Source: an uncultured Nitrospirota bacterium (lineage in GTDB: Bacteria > Nitrospirota > Thermodesulfovibrionia > Thermodesulfovibrionales > CALJEL01). From it: DNA of 55,293 bases. The DNA lies in NCBI GenBank assembly GCA_947085365.1, contig CAMTWD010000070.1:1-55293 (forward strand). The letters run 5' to 3'. A program made the position numbers and the translations under genes. The first letter of the stretch is position 1, and each line of letters opens with the position of its first letter. Below the pieces are notes generated by a model. The model was not told the origin of the DNA and made no database searches. It worked only from the letters and a program-made list of their open reading frames with translations. Of the stretch, positions 42,975 through 52,266 are shown in pieces.

Positions 42975-44408
42975 GTGGTTGATGATGACCCTACTGTGCG
43001 GAATGTCCTGAAGGAGATAATATCAGGTCTTGGTATGGAATGCCATACCGCTGAGGATGGCAGAGGAGCAATAGAATTGATTGCCAGTAATCCCTATGAT
43101 GTCATCCTCTCAGACATAACCATGCCTGTAATGGATGGACTCCAGTTCCTCAGGGAGATCAGGGAGATTACACCCTTCACACCTGTAGCCATAATCACCG
43201 GTTATCCCACCTTCGAAAATGCCGTAAATGCCATGAAGGAAGGGGCAAGGGATTTTATAGTAAAGCCCTTCAATGTAGAGAAGATAAGAACCACCCTCGA
43301 AAGACTCCTGAAGGAAAAGAGGCTCATGGGCTCACCACAGGGGGCATCAAAGGATGAACTCCGAAGGGAGCTCATAAAGAAGCTTCAGGAGATAGCAATA
43401 CTTCAGTCCATAAGCTCTGAGCTTGACGAGCTCTATGATAACAGGAAGATCTATGAGCAGATAGTGGAGATGGTCTCAAGGCTCCTTAGGGCAAGGGAGG
43501 TTGCCTTTGGAATAATAAAGAAAGGCTTCATAAGAATAGAGAATGCCACCTTTTCGACGCGGAAGGAGATACCTATATCAGAGCCGATAGAGGTGATGAT
43601 GAAAAATAAAGGACCTCTCCAGCTTAAGAGAGGAGATAGAGATCCTCTAAGGGGTGTGACCCTTGAAGAGGAGCTCCTCTTAGTGCCCCTCATCCTCAAC
43701 GGTGAGGTCTTCGGAATCCTCAGTATATCCGATAAGATTGACGAGGAGCCCTTTTCAGAGGATGAGATCTATCTTGCTATAACCTTTGCAAAAAAGGTAT
43801 CCCTCAGGATAGAAAATAATGCCCTTTATGAACTCTTCTACAATAATCTCCTGAATACCCTGAGATCACTCATCGCAAGTATAGAGGCAAGGGACTCCTA
43901 TACAAAGCAACACTCTGAAAGGGTCACAGCCTATGCCCTTCAGATCGCAGAGGTGATGGGACTGAAGGAGGAGGATAAGGAATCACTCCATTTTGGTGGT
44001 TATCTCCATGACATAGGAAAGATAGGGGTAAAGGATACGGTCCTTCTGAAGAAGGGTCCCCTTACAGAGGAAGAGATAGCCGAGATAAGACTTCATCCAG
44101 TAATAGGTGAAGGCATCGTAAGACCATTGAAGTTTCTTCCATCAGAAAGGGAGATCATCCTCTACCATCATGAGAGATTTGATGGAAGGGGGTATCCTGA
44201 CGGCCTTTCTGGAGATAGGATACCACTCCTTGCAAGGATCCTTGCGGTTGCTGATACCTATGATGCCATGACATCCACAAGGCCATACAGGGATGCCCTC
44301 AGTCACGAAAAGACTATAGCAGAGATAAAGGCCTCTTCAGGATCACAATTTGATCCTGAGATTGTAAAGGCCTTTCTCCAGACACCTATTGCGAGGAGGA
44401 TAGATTGA
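42975..44408 (+). CDS. Response regulator with GAF-like and HD-GYP (c-di-GMP phosphodiesterase) domains
   Basis: Receiver motifs (VVDDD, SDITMPVMDG, VKPF). HD-GYP motifs HSERV...YLHDIGKIGV...HHERFDGRGYPDGL. The reading frame is open from 42948, so the true start may be a non-ATG codon upstream. Confidence 0.85.
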   Translation: MVDDDPTVRNVLKEIISGLGMECHTAEDGRGAIELIASNPYDVILSDITMPVMDGLQFLREIREITPFTPVAIITGYPTFENAVNAMKEGARDFIVKPFNVEKIRTTLERLLKEKRLMGSPQGASKDELRRELIKKLQEIAILQSISSELDELYDNRKIYEQIVEMVSRLLRAREVAFGIIKKGFIRIENATFSTRKEIPISEPIEVMMKNKGPLQLKRGDRDPLRGVTLEEELLLVPLILNGEVFGILSISDKIDEEPFSEDEIYLAITFAKKVSLRIENNALYELFYNNLLNTLRSLIASIEARDSYTKQHSERVTAYALQIAEVMGLKEEDKESLHFGGYLHDIGKIGVKDTVLLKKGPLTEEEIAEIRLHPVIGEGIVRPLKFLPSEREIILYHHERFDGRGYPDGLSGDRIPLLARILAVADTYDAMTSTRPYRDALSHEKTIAEIKASSGSQFDPEIVKAFLQTPIARRID

Positions 44409-45199
44409 AGGAACTAAAAAAAGGAGAAAGGATACTCCTGAGCCCAGCAAAATGTGGCGAGGTAACGATTGGGAAGATCAGGTGGAGTGGCAATATCCTA
44501 TCAGTTGATGGAGATGGGGTGACCGTGGAGCTTGACACTGATATAAAGGAGATAAGGCCTGGAGATGGGGTGATACTTATAATTGAAAGGCCTGACTACT
44601 ATAATGAATTCCATGCCACTGTTATGGAGAAAAAAAAGAGGGTATGGAGGCTGAAATGGCACTGGCCTGAAAGGAGGGAATTCTTCCGGATAGACGATCT
44701 GATAGGAATCTCTGCAAGAAAGATATGTCCTGAGATGAAGAGGGCATCACGAATAATTCATACCAGCAGTGGCGAAGTAACAGTTGGTGGCGAGGTAAGA
44801 CTCTCTGAATTTGATATCCCCGATCCATCCATCAGCCCAGGTCTTTGGAAGATTCTCAATGAGATCAATAGAAAGCTCAACATCCTCCTTGAAAGGATGA
44901 ATCAGCAAAAGGAGGATGCACCAAGTCTTGAATACCAGAAGGTGAACATCAGTGCGGGAGGGATAAGGTTTATAAGTTCAGAAAAGGTGGAGAGAGGGGA
45001 TATCATGGAGGTGAGACTCCTTCTCCCTACATGCCCTCCATTAGATATCCTCACCTATGGAGAGGTGGTAAGGATTAAGGAGACTGACCATGGTTATGAG
45101 GTGGCTCTGAGCTTCAAGGAGATAGAGGAGGAGGTGAAGGAGGCAATTCTCAGATACACCATCCAGAAACAGAGAGAACAACTGAGAAAACAGAGATGA
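44405..45199 (+). CDS. PilZ-domain c-di-GMP receptor (YcgR-like position upstream of motA)
   Basis: RREFFR (RxxxR) and NISAGG (D/NxSxxG) motifs, separated by about 80 aa that include a repeat-encoded SGEVTVGGEV. Confidence 0.75.
   Translation: MKELKKGERILLSPAKCGEVTIGKIRWSGNILSVDGDGVTVELDTDIKEIRPGDGVILIIERPDYYNEFHATVMEKKKRVWRLKWHWPERREFFRIDDLIGISARKICPEMKRASRIIHTSSGEVTVGGEVRLSEFDIPDPSISPGLWKILNEINRKLNILLERMNQQKEDAPSLEYQKVNISAGGIRFISSEKVERGDIMEVRLLLPTCPPLDILTYGEVVRIKETDHGYEVALSFKEIEEEVKEAILRYTIQKQREQLRKQR
44454..44468 (+). repeat. Degenerate repeat copy in the PilZ gene 5' region
   Basis: gtggcgaggtaacga. Confidence 0.5.
44769..44801 (+). repeat. Two repeat copies 18 bp apart inside the PilZ gene
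   Basis: gtggcgaagtaacag at 44769 and gtggcgaggtaagac at 44787. Confidence 0.8.
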
Positions 45200-45948
45200 G
45201 CAAGTCAAGTCTGATAGGACTCATAATGGGGGTGACAGCGATAGTGGGAGGGCATATCCTTGAGGGAGGAAGGGTTGAATCCATCCTCCAGCCAACAGCA
45301 GCTGTCATCGTCTTTGGGGGAACCTTTGGGGCAACCCTTCTCAGTTACCCCATGAGGGATATTATCAAGGCAATAGGAGCTCTGAAAGAGGTCTTTGGAA
45401 AGGAAAAGATAGATTATGAGTTCTACATAAAAGAGATAATGAGATATTCTATGATCACTCGTAAAAGCGGCCTGATAAGCCTTGAGCAGGAGATCCAGAG
45501 ACAGGAAGACCCCTTTATAAAAAGGGCACTGAGACTCGCTGTGGATGGTGCAAATCCTGCTCAACTGAGGGATATCCTCTCTCAGGAGAATATGACCTAT
45601 TCAGAGGAGAGGAAGAGGATAGCCAGGGTCTTTGAGACAGCCGGAGGTTTTGCTCCTACCATAGGGATAATAGGGGCTGTCCTCGGTCTCATACATGTCA
45701 TGGAAAACCTGGCAGACCCATCAAAACTCGGTGCCGGAATAGCCGTGGCATTCGTGGCAACCATATATGGAGTGGGATCAGCAAATCTGATCCTTTTACC
45801 TATTTCAAAGAAGATCATAAATAACCTCCACTCAAGACTCTTCCTCAGGGAGATGATTATTGAAGGGATTGTAGGAATACAGACAGGCATGAACCCTTAT
45901 TATCTTGAAGAGAAGCTGAGGGCATTCCTTACAGAGGAGAAAAGATGA
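45196..45948 (+). CDS. motA: Stator protein MotA/PomA (set 1)
   Basis: 250 aa, MotA/TolQ/ExbB channel pattern (GFAPTIGIIGAVLGLIHV...AFVATIYGVGSANLILLP). Confidence 0.9.
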   Translation: MSKSSLIGLIMGVTAIVGGHILEGGRVESILQPTAAVIVFGGTFGATLLSYPMRDIIKAIGALKEVFGKEKIDYEFYIKEIMRYSMITRKSGLISLEQEIQRQEDPFIKRALRLAVDGANPAQLRDILSQENMTYSEERKRIARVFETAGGFAPTIGIIGAVLGLIHVMENLADPSKLGAGIAVAFVATIYGVGSANLILLPISKKIINNLHSRLFLREMIIEGIVGIQTGMNPYYLEEKLRAFLTEEKR

Positions 45949-46640
45949 AAGCCGATAAGGAAAAGATAAAGAGCCCAGAGCCCATTGATAATCCTGATAG
46001 ATGGGTGATCTCCTATGCTGATTTTATAACGCTCCTGTTTGCCTTCTTCACCACAATGTATGCTATAAGCCATGTGGATATGGGAAAACTTGAAAAATTT
46101 ACGGGCTCGATGAAAGAGGCCTTCAAGACCCAGAAGGTCTCACAGCATATAACCCCCATTGAGGGTATAAGACCCATCCACCAGGAGGCGTTCCAGATCG
46201 AGAAGGACCTCAGGTCAATAATAGAGGAATCTGGTAAAATAGAGGGAATAAATATTACAGTTGAGCAGGAAGGGGTGAGGTTGTCCTTTTCTGATTCTAT
46301 AATATTTGAGAGCGGTTCTGCAGAGATAAAAGAAGAGATAAAGCCACTTCTCAACTCCCTCCTCTCCTTGATAAAAAGGACCACTAATCCTGTAGTGATA
46401 GAAGGGCATACAGATAATATCCCGATAAAAGGTTCAAGGTATTCTTCAAACTGGGAATTATCCTCTGCTCGTGCAACGAGTGTCCTCATGTATCTACTGA
46501 AAGACCGATCAGTAGATCCCAGGAGGTTTTCCGTAGCAGGTTATGGTGAGTTCAGGCCTGTGGCACCAAATACCACACCTGAGGGAAGGGCAAAAAACAG
46601 GAGGGTGGATATCCTCTTTCTCATAAAAGAGGTGAGATGA
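45945..46640 (+). CDS. motB: Stator protein MotB/PomB (set 1)
   Basis: WVISYADFITLLFAFF plug/TM segment with the conserved Asp. OmpA-like C-terminus (GHTDNIP...NWELSSARA...NRRVDI). Confidence 0.9.
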   Translation: MKADKEKIKSPEPIDNPDRWVISYADFITLLFAFFTTMYAISHVDMGKLEKFTGSMKEAFKTQKVSQHITPIEGIRPIHQEAFQIEKDLRSIIEESGKIEGINITVEQEGVRLSFSDSIIFESGSAEIKEEIKPLLNSLLSLIKRTTNPVVIEGHTDNIPIKGSRYSSNWELSSARATSVLMYLLKDRSVDPRRFSVAGYGEFRPVAPNTTPEGRAKNRRVDILFLIKEVR

Positions 46641-48142
46641 TGGAAGGTTCCTGTCTCGTCATAGGCAACTGCTCTCTTGAGGAAGAGACCCTGAAAGGGG
46701 TGTTCAGTAAACAGGATCTTCAATTGAAGATCCTCCACCTTACAGAGCTTAGTGGAGAGATAAGAATAAAAAGCTCTATCCAAGAGGCAATAAAAAGGAT
46801 ACCAGACCTGAGGGTGATTATCCTATCAGGTGACAGGGACCATCAGGAGATACTGAAGACGATTGAAGGATTGAGAGAGAATGATATAGATATCCCCATC
46901 ATAGTCCTCAGAAGTCTCATGGATAAAGAGTTACAGGCAGAACTTTTAAAGAAGGGTGTATATATGTGGCAGAAAGATGAAAGACAGATGGAGTCACTTC
47001 CCTTAGTTGTACAGTGTGTCATAACGAAATATGAACTGGAAAAGGAAATGATCAGGAAAAAGGAGATGATTGCTGAAAGCAGAAGAGAGTGGGTGGCTAT
47101 ATTTGATGGAATCACTGATTTTATATTCGTAACTGACGAGGCCCTAAACATCGTAAAGATCAACAGGTCCCTCGCCTCCTACTTTAAGAAAACGCCAAAG
47201 GAAGTCATAGGAGAGAAGTGCTATAATCTCTTTGGATGTAATTTAGAGGAATGCAAGGTAAGGACAATCTCCTCATCACAGATGGACTGGACATACGAAA
47301 AACAATTGAGCGAGAGGGTCTATCAGGTAACCCTTTATCCCTGTGTAGATAGAAGACCCCTCATAATCCATTATATGAAGGACATAACTGAGGTTGTAAG
47401 ACTGAAAAAACAGCTCTACCATGCAGAAAAGCTCACCTCCCTGGGTCTCCTCGTATCAGGTGTGGCCCATGAGATAAATAATCCCCTCACCGGCGTGATA
47501 GCCTACACAGAACTCCTCCTGCTCAAGACCGATGAAGGCCCTTTAAAGAATGAATTAAGAAAGATCCTCCACAGTGCCGAAAGGTGTAAGAAGGTGGTGG
47601 AGAACCTCCTCACCTTTGCAAGACAGAGGGAACCCCTAAGGAGTCTTGAGTCCGTCAACGAGATTATAGACAGGGCTATAGAGCTGAGGGCCTACTGGTT
47701 AAGGACAAATAATATTGAGATTGTAAGGGATTACGGAGACATACCGAGTCTCTTTCTGGACAGTCAGCAGATGCAACAGGTATTTCTCAATATAATCTTA
47801 AATGCTGAACAGGCAATACAGGATGCAGGTGTAAAGAATGGCAGGATAAAGTTCACAACAAGATATCTACAGGAGGAGGATAAGGTGATCGTAAGGATCT
47901 CTGATAACGGACCGGGCATCCCAGAGGAGAATCTTTCGCGGATCTTTGACCCATTCTTTACCACAAAGCCTGTAGGGATAGGCACAGGCCTCGGGCTCTC
48001 CATCTCTCATGGGATCGTCTCAGAACATGGTGGCAGTATATGGGCTGAAAATTCTCCTGAAGGTGGTGCCATCATAAACATCGAACTTCCAGCAAGAGAT
48101 TCTAACTACTCCCTTCAGAAACAGAGAGGAGGTGCCTATTAG
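46637..48142 (+). CDS. Histidine kinase with an N-terminal pseudo-receiver-like region, PAS, HisKA and HATPase
   Basis: H-box HEINNPL; [13 protein letters not shown]. Confidence 0.85.
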   Translation: MMEGSCLVIGNCSLEEETLKGVFSKQDLQLKILHLTELSGEIRIKSSIQEAIKRIPDLRVIILSGDRDHQEILKTIEGLRENDIDIPIIVLRSLMDKELQAELLKKGVYMWQKDERQMESLPLVVQCVITKYELEKEMIRKKEMIAESRREWVAIFDGITDFIFVTDEALNIVKINRSLASYFKKTPKEVIGEKCYNLFGCNLEECKVRTISSSQMDWTYEKQLSERVYQVTLYPCVDRRPLIIHYMKDITEVVRLKKQLYHAEKLTSLGLLVSGVAHEINNPLTGVIAYTELLLLKTDEGPLKNELRKILHSAERCKKVVENLLTFARQREPLRSLESVNEIIDRAIELRAYWLRTNNIEIVRDYGDIPSLFLDSQQMQQVFLNIILNAEQAIQDAGVKNGRIKFTTRYLQEEDKVIVRISDNGPGIPEENLSRIFDPFFTTKPVGIGTGLGLSISHGIVSEHGGSIWAENSPEGGAIINIELPARDSNYSLQKQRGGAY

Positions 48143-48144
48143 AG

Positions 48145-48999
48145 ATGTTGGTAATCGTGGGAGCTATAGTTGTTTTTTCATCAGTAATGGGAGGTTTTCT
48201 CCTTGCAAAGGGAAATCCCCATGTCCTCTTCCAGCCAGCAGAGGTGGTGATAATAGGTGGTGCTGCCATTGGAGGTTTCATTATTGCATCACCTCCGAAG
48301 GTCCTCTCGCTGGTTATGAAGAATCTCTTCAAGATATTCACTGTAAAGGGCTTCTCTAAGCCCTTTTATATGGAGCTCCTCAGTCTTCTTTATCAGCTCT
48401 TCTCAAAGGCAAGAAGGGAGGGCCTCGTGGCTATTGAGGCTGATGTGGAGGCTCCAGAGAGAAGTCCTATCTTCCAGAGATATAAATCAATAATGGCAAA
48501 TAAGGAGATCGTAACATTCATAGCCGATAACTTTAAGGTCATCATCTCTTCCAATGTTCCATCCCACGAACTCGACAGCCTCATGGAACTGGAGATAGAG
48601 ACAGAACACAAAGAGGCCTCCATCCCCTCCATGAGTATTGGAAGGATAGCTGACGCACTTCCAGGGCTTGGAATTGTTGCAGCAGTCCTCGGGGTGGTCA
48701 TCACAATGCAGAAGATAGACCAGCCACCAGCGGTCCTTGGACAGAGCATAGGTGCTGCCCTTGTGGGGACATTCCTGGGAGTCCTTATGTGTTATGGATT
48801 TGTGGGACCTCTATCCCATCACCTTGAGCATCTTGCAAGGGAGAAGACGATCCCCTTCCAGGTAATAAGGGTTGCCATGGTATCCTTTGTGGGTGGTTCT
48901 GCACCACAGATAGCGGTGGAATTTGGAAGGAGGGCAATCCCTGAGAAGGAAAAGCCGACATTCAAAGAACTGGAGACAGCCTTAAATAAACTGAAATGA
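48145..48999 (+). CDS. motA: Stator protein MotA (set 2)
   Basis: 284 aa, long-form MotA (ADALPGLGIVAAVLGVVITM...ALVGTFLGVLMCYGFVGPL). Confidence 0.9.
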   Translation: MLVIVGAIVVFSSVMGGFLLAKGNPHVLFQPAEVVIIGGAAIGGFIIASPPKVLSLVMKNLFKIFTVKGFSKPFYMELLSLLYQLFSKARREGLVAIEADVEAPERSPIFQRYKSIMANKEIVTFIADNFKVIISSNVPSHELDSLMELEIETEHKEASIPSMSIGRIADALPGLGIVAAVLGVVITMQKIDQPPAVLGQSIGAALVGTFLGVLMCYGFVGPLSHHLEHLAREKTIPFQVIRVAMVSFVGGSAPQIAVEFGRRAIPEKEKPTFKELETALNKLK

Positions 49000-49781
49000 A
49001 GAACAATAAGGCAGTAATAATTAAAAAGTTAAAAAAGGCAGAATCGGAAGGAAGGCACGGAGGAAGCTGGAAGGTGGCCTATGCTGACTTTGTGACAGCC
49101 ATGATGGCCTTTTTCCTCCTTCTGTGGCTCATAACAATGGTATCCCCTGAAAAGAGGGCAAGGATTGCCACATACTTTAAACACTTCAGCATATTTGAAG
49201 AGAGTGGAACCTCCTTTCTGGAAAAATCCTCAGAGATAATGAATGAGGCCGGGGAGTCTGAACAGAAGATCCAGCCGGAGATTGGGGGGCCCTTTGCGAT
49301 GAAGCCCGAGGACTTCAAGGAGATGATTAAGAAGGCCATAGAGGATAAACTTTCTGATATAAAGGATCAGGTTATTGTGGAGATCTTTGAAGGAGGGGTG
49401 AGGATACAGCTTGTGGATAAGGAGGGAAAGCCCATGTTTGACCTCGGCTCAGTAGAACCCACTCCCTTGGCAAAAAGGAGTCTTGAGGTAATAGCACAGC
49501 AGATAAAAGACCTTCCCAATCAGGTGGCTGTGGAGGGACATACAGATGCCCTTGCCTACAAGGGCTCCCATTACACCAACTGGGAACTCTCAACAGAGAG
49601 GGCACTTACAGCAAGAAAGGAGCTCGAGAGGTTTGGCCTTGACCCAAAGAGGATTACAAGGGTGGCAGGTTATGCCGATACCATCCCTTTCATAAAGGAA
49701 AATCCCAATGACCCAAGAAATAGGAGGATAAGCATCATCCTCATCTTTCCTGAAAAGAATCCACCTTCACAACAAAGATAA
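48996..49781 (+). CDS. motB: Stator protein MotB (set 2)
   Basis: WKVAYADFVTAMMAFFLLLW and OmpA-like GHTDALAY...NWELSTERA...NRRISI. Confidence 0.9.
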   Translation: MKNNKAVIIKKLKKAESEGRHGGSWKVAYADFVTAMMAFFLLLWLITMVSPEKRARIATYFKHFSIFEESGTSFLEKSSEIMNEAGESEQKIQPEIGGPFAMKPEDFKEMIKKAIEDKLSDIKDQVIVEIFEGGVRIQLVDKEGKPMFDLGSVEPTPLAKRSLEVIAQQIKDLPNQVAVEGHTDALAYKGSHYTNWELSTERALTARKELERFGLDPKRITRVAGYADTIPFIKENPNDPRNRRISIILIFPEKNPPSQQR

Positions 49782-49782
49782 T

Positions 49783-50853
49783 CTAAACCTTCTCTTTCAG
49801 AAATTCAAGTATCTCCAATTCCCTCTTTCTTATATACTGAACAATCAGCTCCTCATCCTGGGGATGGATAAAGAACTCAGCACCGTATCGAAAACCTGAG
49901 GCCTCGGGCCTTTTGAATCTGATGATTCCGCAGGTCATGATAAACTTCAGACTGTCAGGGAGCTGGATACCAAAGATATATACCTCCTGTTGCCGAAGAT
50001 CCCTTGGGGTAAAAAAGCCAATACCCCTCTGACTGATGTCCACAACCTCAAGGTTGAGGGTTGCCTCTCCAGGCAGTAGGAGATAGAGTCTCACAGGTCT
50101 CTTTATATTCGGGACAACCCTCACATGCCTTCGCCTCTCGATAAAAAGCCTCTGGGGTAATCGAACCTCTACCTCGTGTTCACACACACTAACTACATTC
50201 ATAATACCCTCATAATTGAGGTCCTTGTAAGGCAGAACAGCCTTGATGGCTTTACCCTCCTTCATGCCCTTTATAAGTAGAAGGGGGTTAAATTGATAAA
50301 GGATGGGTTTATCCTTCCTGAACCTTATCCTGCAGACACCCCTTACAGTAACAGGCCTTCCATATTCTTCTATCTCAAAGGAGATGATTATGGGTATCTC
50401 CTTCTTAAGAATATAGGAAAGGATATCCCTTATCTTCTCCGGATCCTCCTCAGGTCTGTCGGATATGGTCTCTCCAAATGTTACCTGTGGTGATATCTTT
50501 ATATCTGGGATTGCCCTTAAAAGGCTTAAACGAAAGATAAAGTTTATGAGCATACCCATCTTTATGATATCATCCTCTAAGAGGCTGAAACAGAGGGCAT
50601 TAAGGGGATAGAGGAACTCATCAGGTACCCGTGTAGTATTGTCTGCTATAAATATAACAGGGCCTGTAACACCCTTTGACCTCAATTGTGAAAGGAATCT
50701 CTTGTAATCCTCATCAAGTGGGATGAGTGCCCCATCACTTATACCAGCCTCTCGAAGCATCACCTCCTTTACCTCTGAGGATGCCTCAATCCTCAATCGG
50801 AATTCAGGCTCTGCAAGGATGTCCTTCAGGTCATGGGTCGTCCAGATGAGCAT
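49783..50853 (-). CDS. PilZ-domain protein with a large N-terminal domain
   Basis: C-terminal RRRHVR ... DISQRGIGF at canonical PilZ spacing. Confidence 0.75.
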   Translation of the reverse strand: MLIWTTHDLKDILAEPEFRLRIEASSEVKEVMLREAGISDGALIPLDEDYKRFLSQLRSKGVTGPVIFIADNTTRVPDEFLYPLNALCFSLLEDDIIKMGMLINFIFRLSLLRAIPDIKISPQVTFGETISDRPEEDPEKIRDILSYILKKEIPIIISFEIEEYGRPVTVRGVCRIRFRKDKPILYQFNPLLLIKGMKEGKAIKAVLPYKDLNYEGIMNVVSVCEHEVEVRLPQRLFIERRRHVRVVPNIKRPVRLYLLLPGEATLNLEVVDISQRGIGFFTPRDLRQQEVYIFGIQLPDSLKFIMTCGIIRFKRPEASGFRYGAEFFIHPQDEELIVQYIRKRELEILEFLKEKV

Positions 50854-50855
50854 GA

Positions 50856-52082
50856 CTAAACTATAAGAGAAAGGCCAGTGTATTCATCCGCATCGGGATC
50901 AACGGTATTTCCATAGGCATCCCTTCCGTAGAATCGGAAGACAAGGTGGGAAGGATCTATCGTGCCGTCTCCGCTCTGATTCTGTCTCAGGGTGAAATAT
51001 ACTGTGGCACTTCTGGCTGTAGAGTCGTATATAACCATCTTTGGCACTGGATAGGGCCTCACCTCTGTTTTAGGTAAAGGCAGACCCCAGTTATAGGGAC
51101 CGCCATGCCTCATATCCATTGACCATGATATAGACCAGTTGAATATATCTTCCACCGAGCCCCTGTCCATCTCTTTATCAAAATAGACAATCAATCTGAA
51201 GTCCTTCGAACTCCCTGGTGCTGAAAGGGCTGGGTCAAGGGAACTCAGAGGTGTTCCTGGTCCCTGTTTCATATCAAAGGCAAAGAGGGTATTTACAGAC
51301 CTTATCCTCGGCCTTCTTTTTCTGTAGATATAAGACCACAGCTCAAGGGCAAGGGCACTGTCAAGGCCTTCAAGGATCTTAACCTGTTCATCAGCCTTCT
51401 CAAATTCACCCACATCAGTATAAACAATACCCAGATCATAATAGGCATAGGCAAAATCCCTCTTTATCTCTATTGCCCTTTTAAAAGCCTTTATTGCCTC
51501 ACCATAGATCCCCTGCTTTGACCAAAGCAGACCTAAGGAATAGTGGGCACCGTAATTGTCAGGCTCATACCTCAATATCCTCTGGAAGGTCTCTTCAGCC
51601 TCTTTATATCTCTGAAGCTGTATATATGCCTGGCCAAGGGGATAGAGGTTGTCGGTGGATGGGTTTATCCTAACTGCCTTGAGATAATACTCCATTGCCT
51701 CATTGTATCTTTGTTGATCATACAGGATGTTGCCAATCTTTAGATATAGGAAATCAACTGTTATCTCTCCACCAAGTTTTGCGAAGAATAATCTTATTGC
51801 CTCCTCATAGACCTTAATTGCCTCTTCAGGCCTCTTCATCTTCAGATATGCCTGTGCCATGAAGTCATAGGCCTTCAGGCTATTTTCTGAATAGGGGTCA
51901 AAGGCTATTGCCCTCCTGAATTCCCTTACAGCATCGGAGTAAATACCCTTCTGGTAGAGTTCAATGCCCCTTGACAGGGCAGTTCCTGAAAGACCTGAAT
52001 AGGAACGGAGGGTATTGCTGAGAAGAGAAAATAGCTTATCCTCCCTTAAGGGCGAGGTAAGGGTCACTGGCAATGGATTCAT
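50856..52082 (-). CDS. TPR-repeat protein with a C-terminal Ig-like/unknown domain
   Basis: TPR repeats (AIKVYEEAI, AMEYYLKAV, AEETFQRIL, AIKAFKRAI). The N-terminal VTLTSPL comes from a degenerate repeat copy. Confidence 0.75.
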   Translation of the reverse strand: MNPLPVTLTSPLREDKLFSLLSNTLRSYSGLSGTALSRGIELYQKGIYSDAVREFRRAIAFDPYSENSLKAYDFMAQAYLKMKRPEEAIKVYEEAIRLFFAKLGGEITVDFLYLKIGNILYDQQRYNEAMEYYLKAVRINPSTDNLYPLGQAYIQLQRYKEAEETFQRILRYEPDNYGAHYSLGLLWSKQGIYGEAIKAFKRAIEIKRDFAYAYYDLGIVYTDVGEFEKADEQVKILEGLDSALALELWSYIYRKRRPRIRSVNTLFAFDMKQGPGTPLSSLDPALSAPGSSKDFRLIVYFDKEMDRGSVEDIFNWSISWSMDMRHGGPYNWGLPLPKTEVRPYPVPKMVIYDSTARSATVYFTLRQNQSGDGTIDPSHLVFRFYGRDAYGNTVDPDADEYTGLSLIV

Positions 52083-52233
52083 AATTTTTAATTCGGTTCT
52101 CTTTAATTAAAAATTTAATCATCTTCTCTTGTTTGGCGGCAAGATAACAGTGCGAGGTAACACTTTTGACTGAAATCAGCGTCAATTTTTTGACCAAAAG
52201 AGACCATTACAGGCCCTTCAGCCCATTGCAGAC

Positions 52234-52248
52234 TGGCACAGTTCTTGC
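52234..52248 (+). promoter_or_regulatory. Consensus sigma54 promoter (TGGCACagttcTTGC) facing the glycosyltransferase remnant
   Basis: Plus strand reads CTGGCACAGTTCTTGCTTT, about 19 nt upstream of the ATG at 52267. Confidence 0.5.
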
Positions 52249-52266
52249 TTTAATACTCTTATAAGG

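Noticed and set aside
46749-46768. cttagtggagagataagaat in the kinase gene as an old repeat copy (LSGEIRI)
   Set aside because: It has five mismatches out of 20. This is possible, but chance similarity cannot be excluded without statistics.
6149-52165. Whether the iterated 15-21-bp repeat is a CRISPR array
   Set aside because: Units are only 15-21 bp and directly abut (18-21 bp period) or are scattered kilobases apart. They occur in both orientations, with no regular repeat-spacer periodicity, and many lie inside conserved genes.
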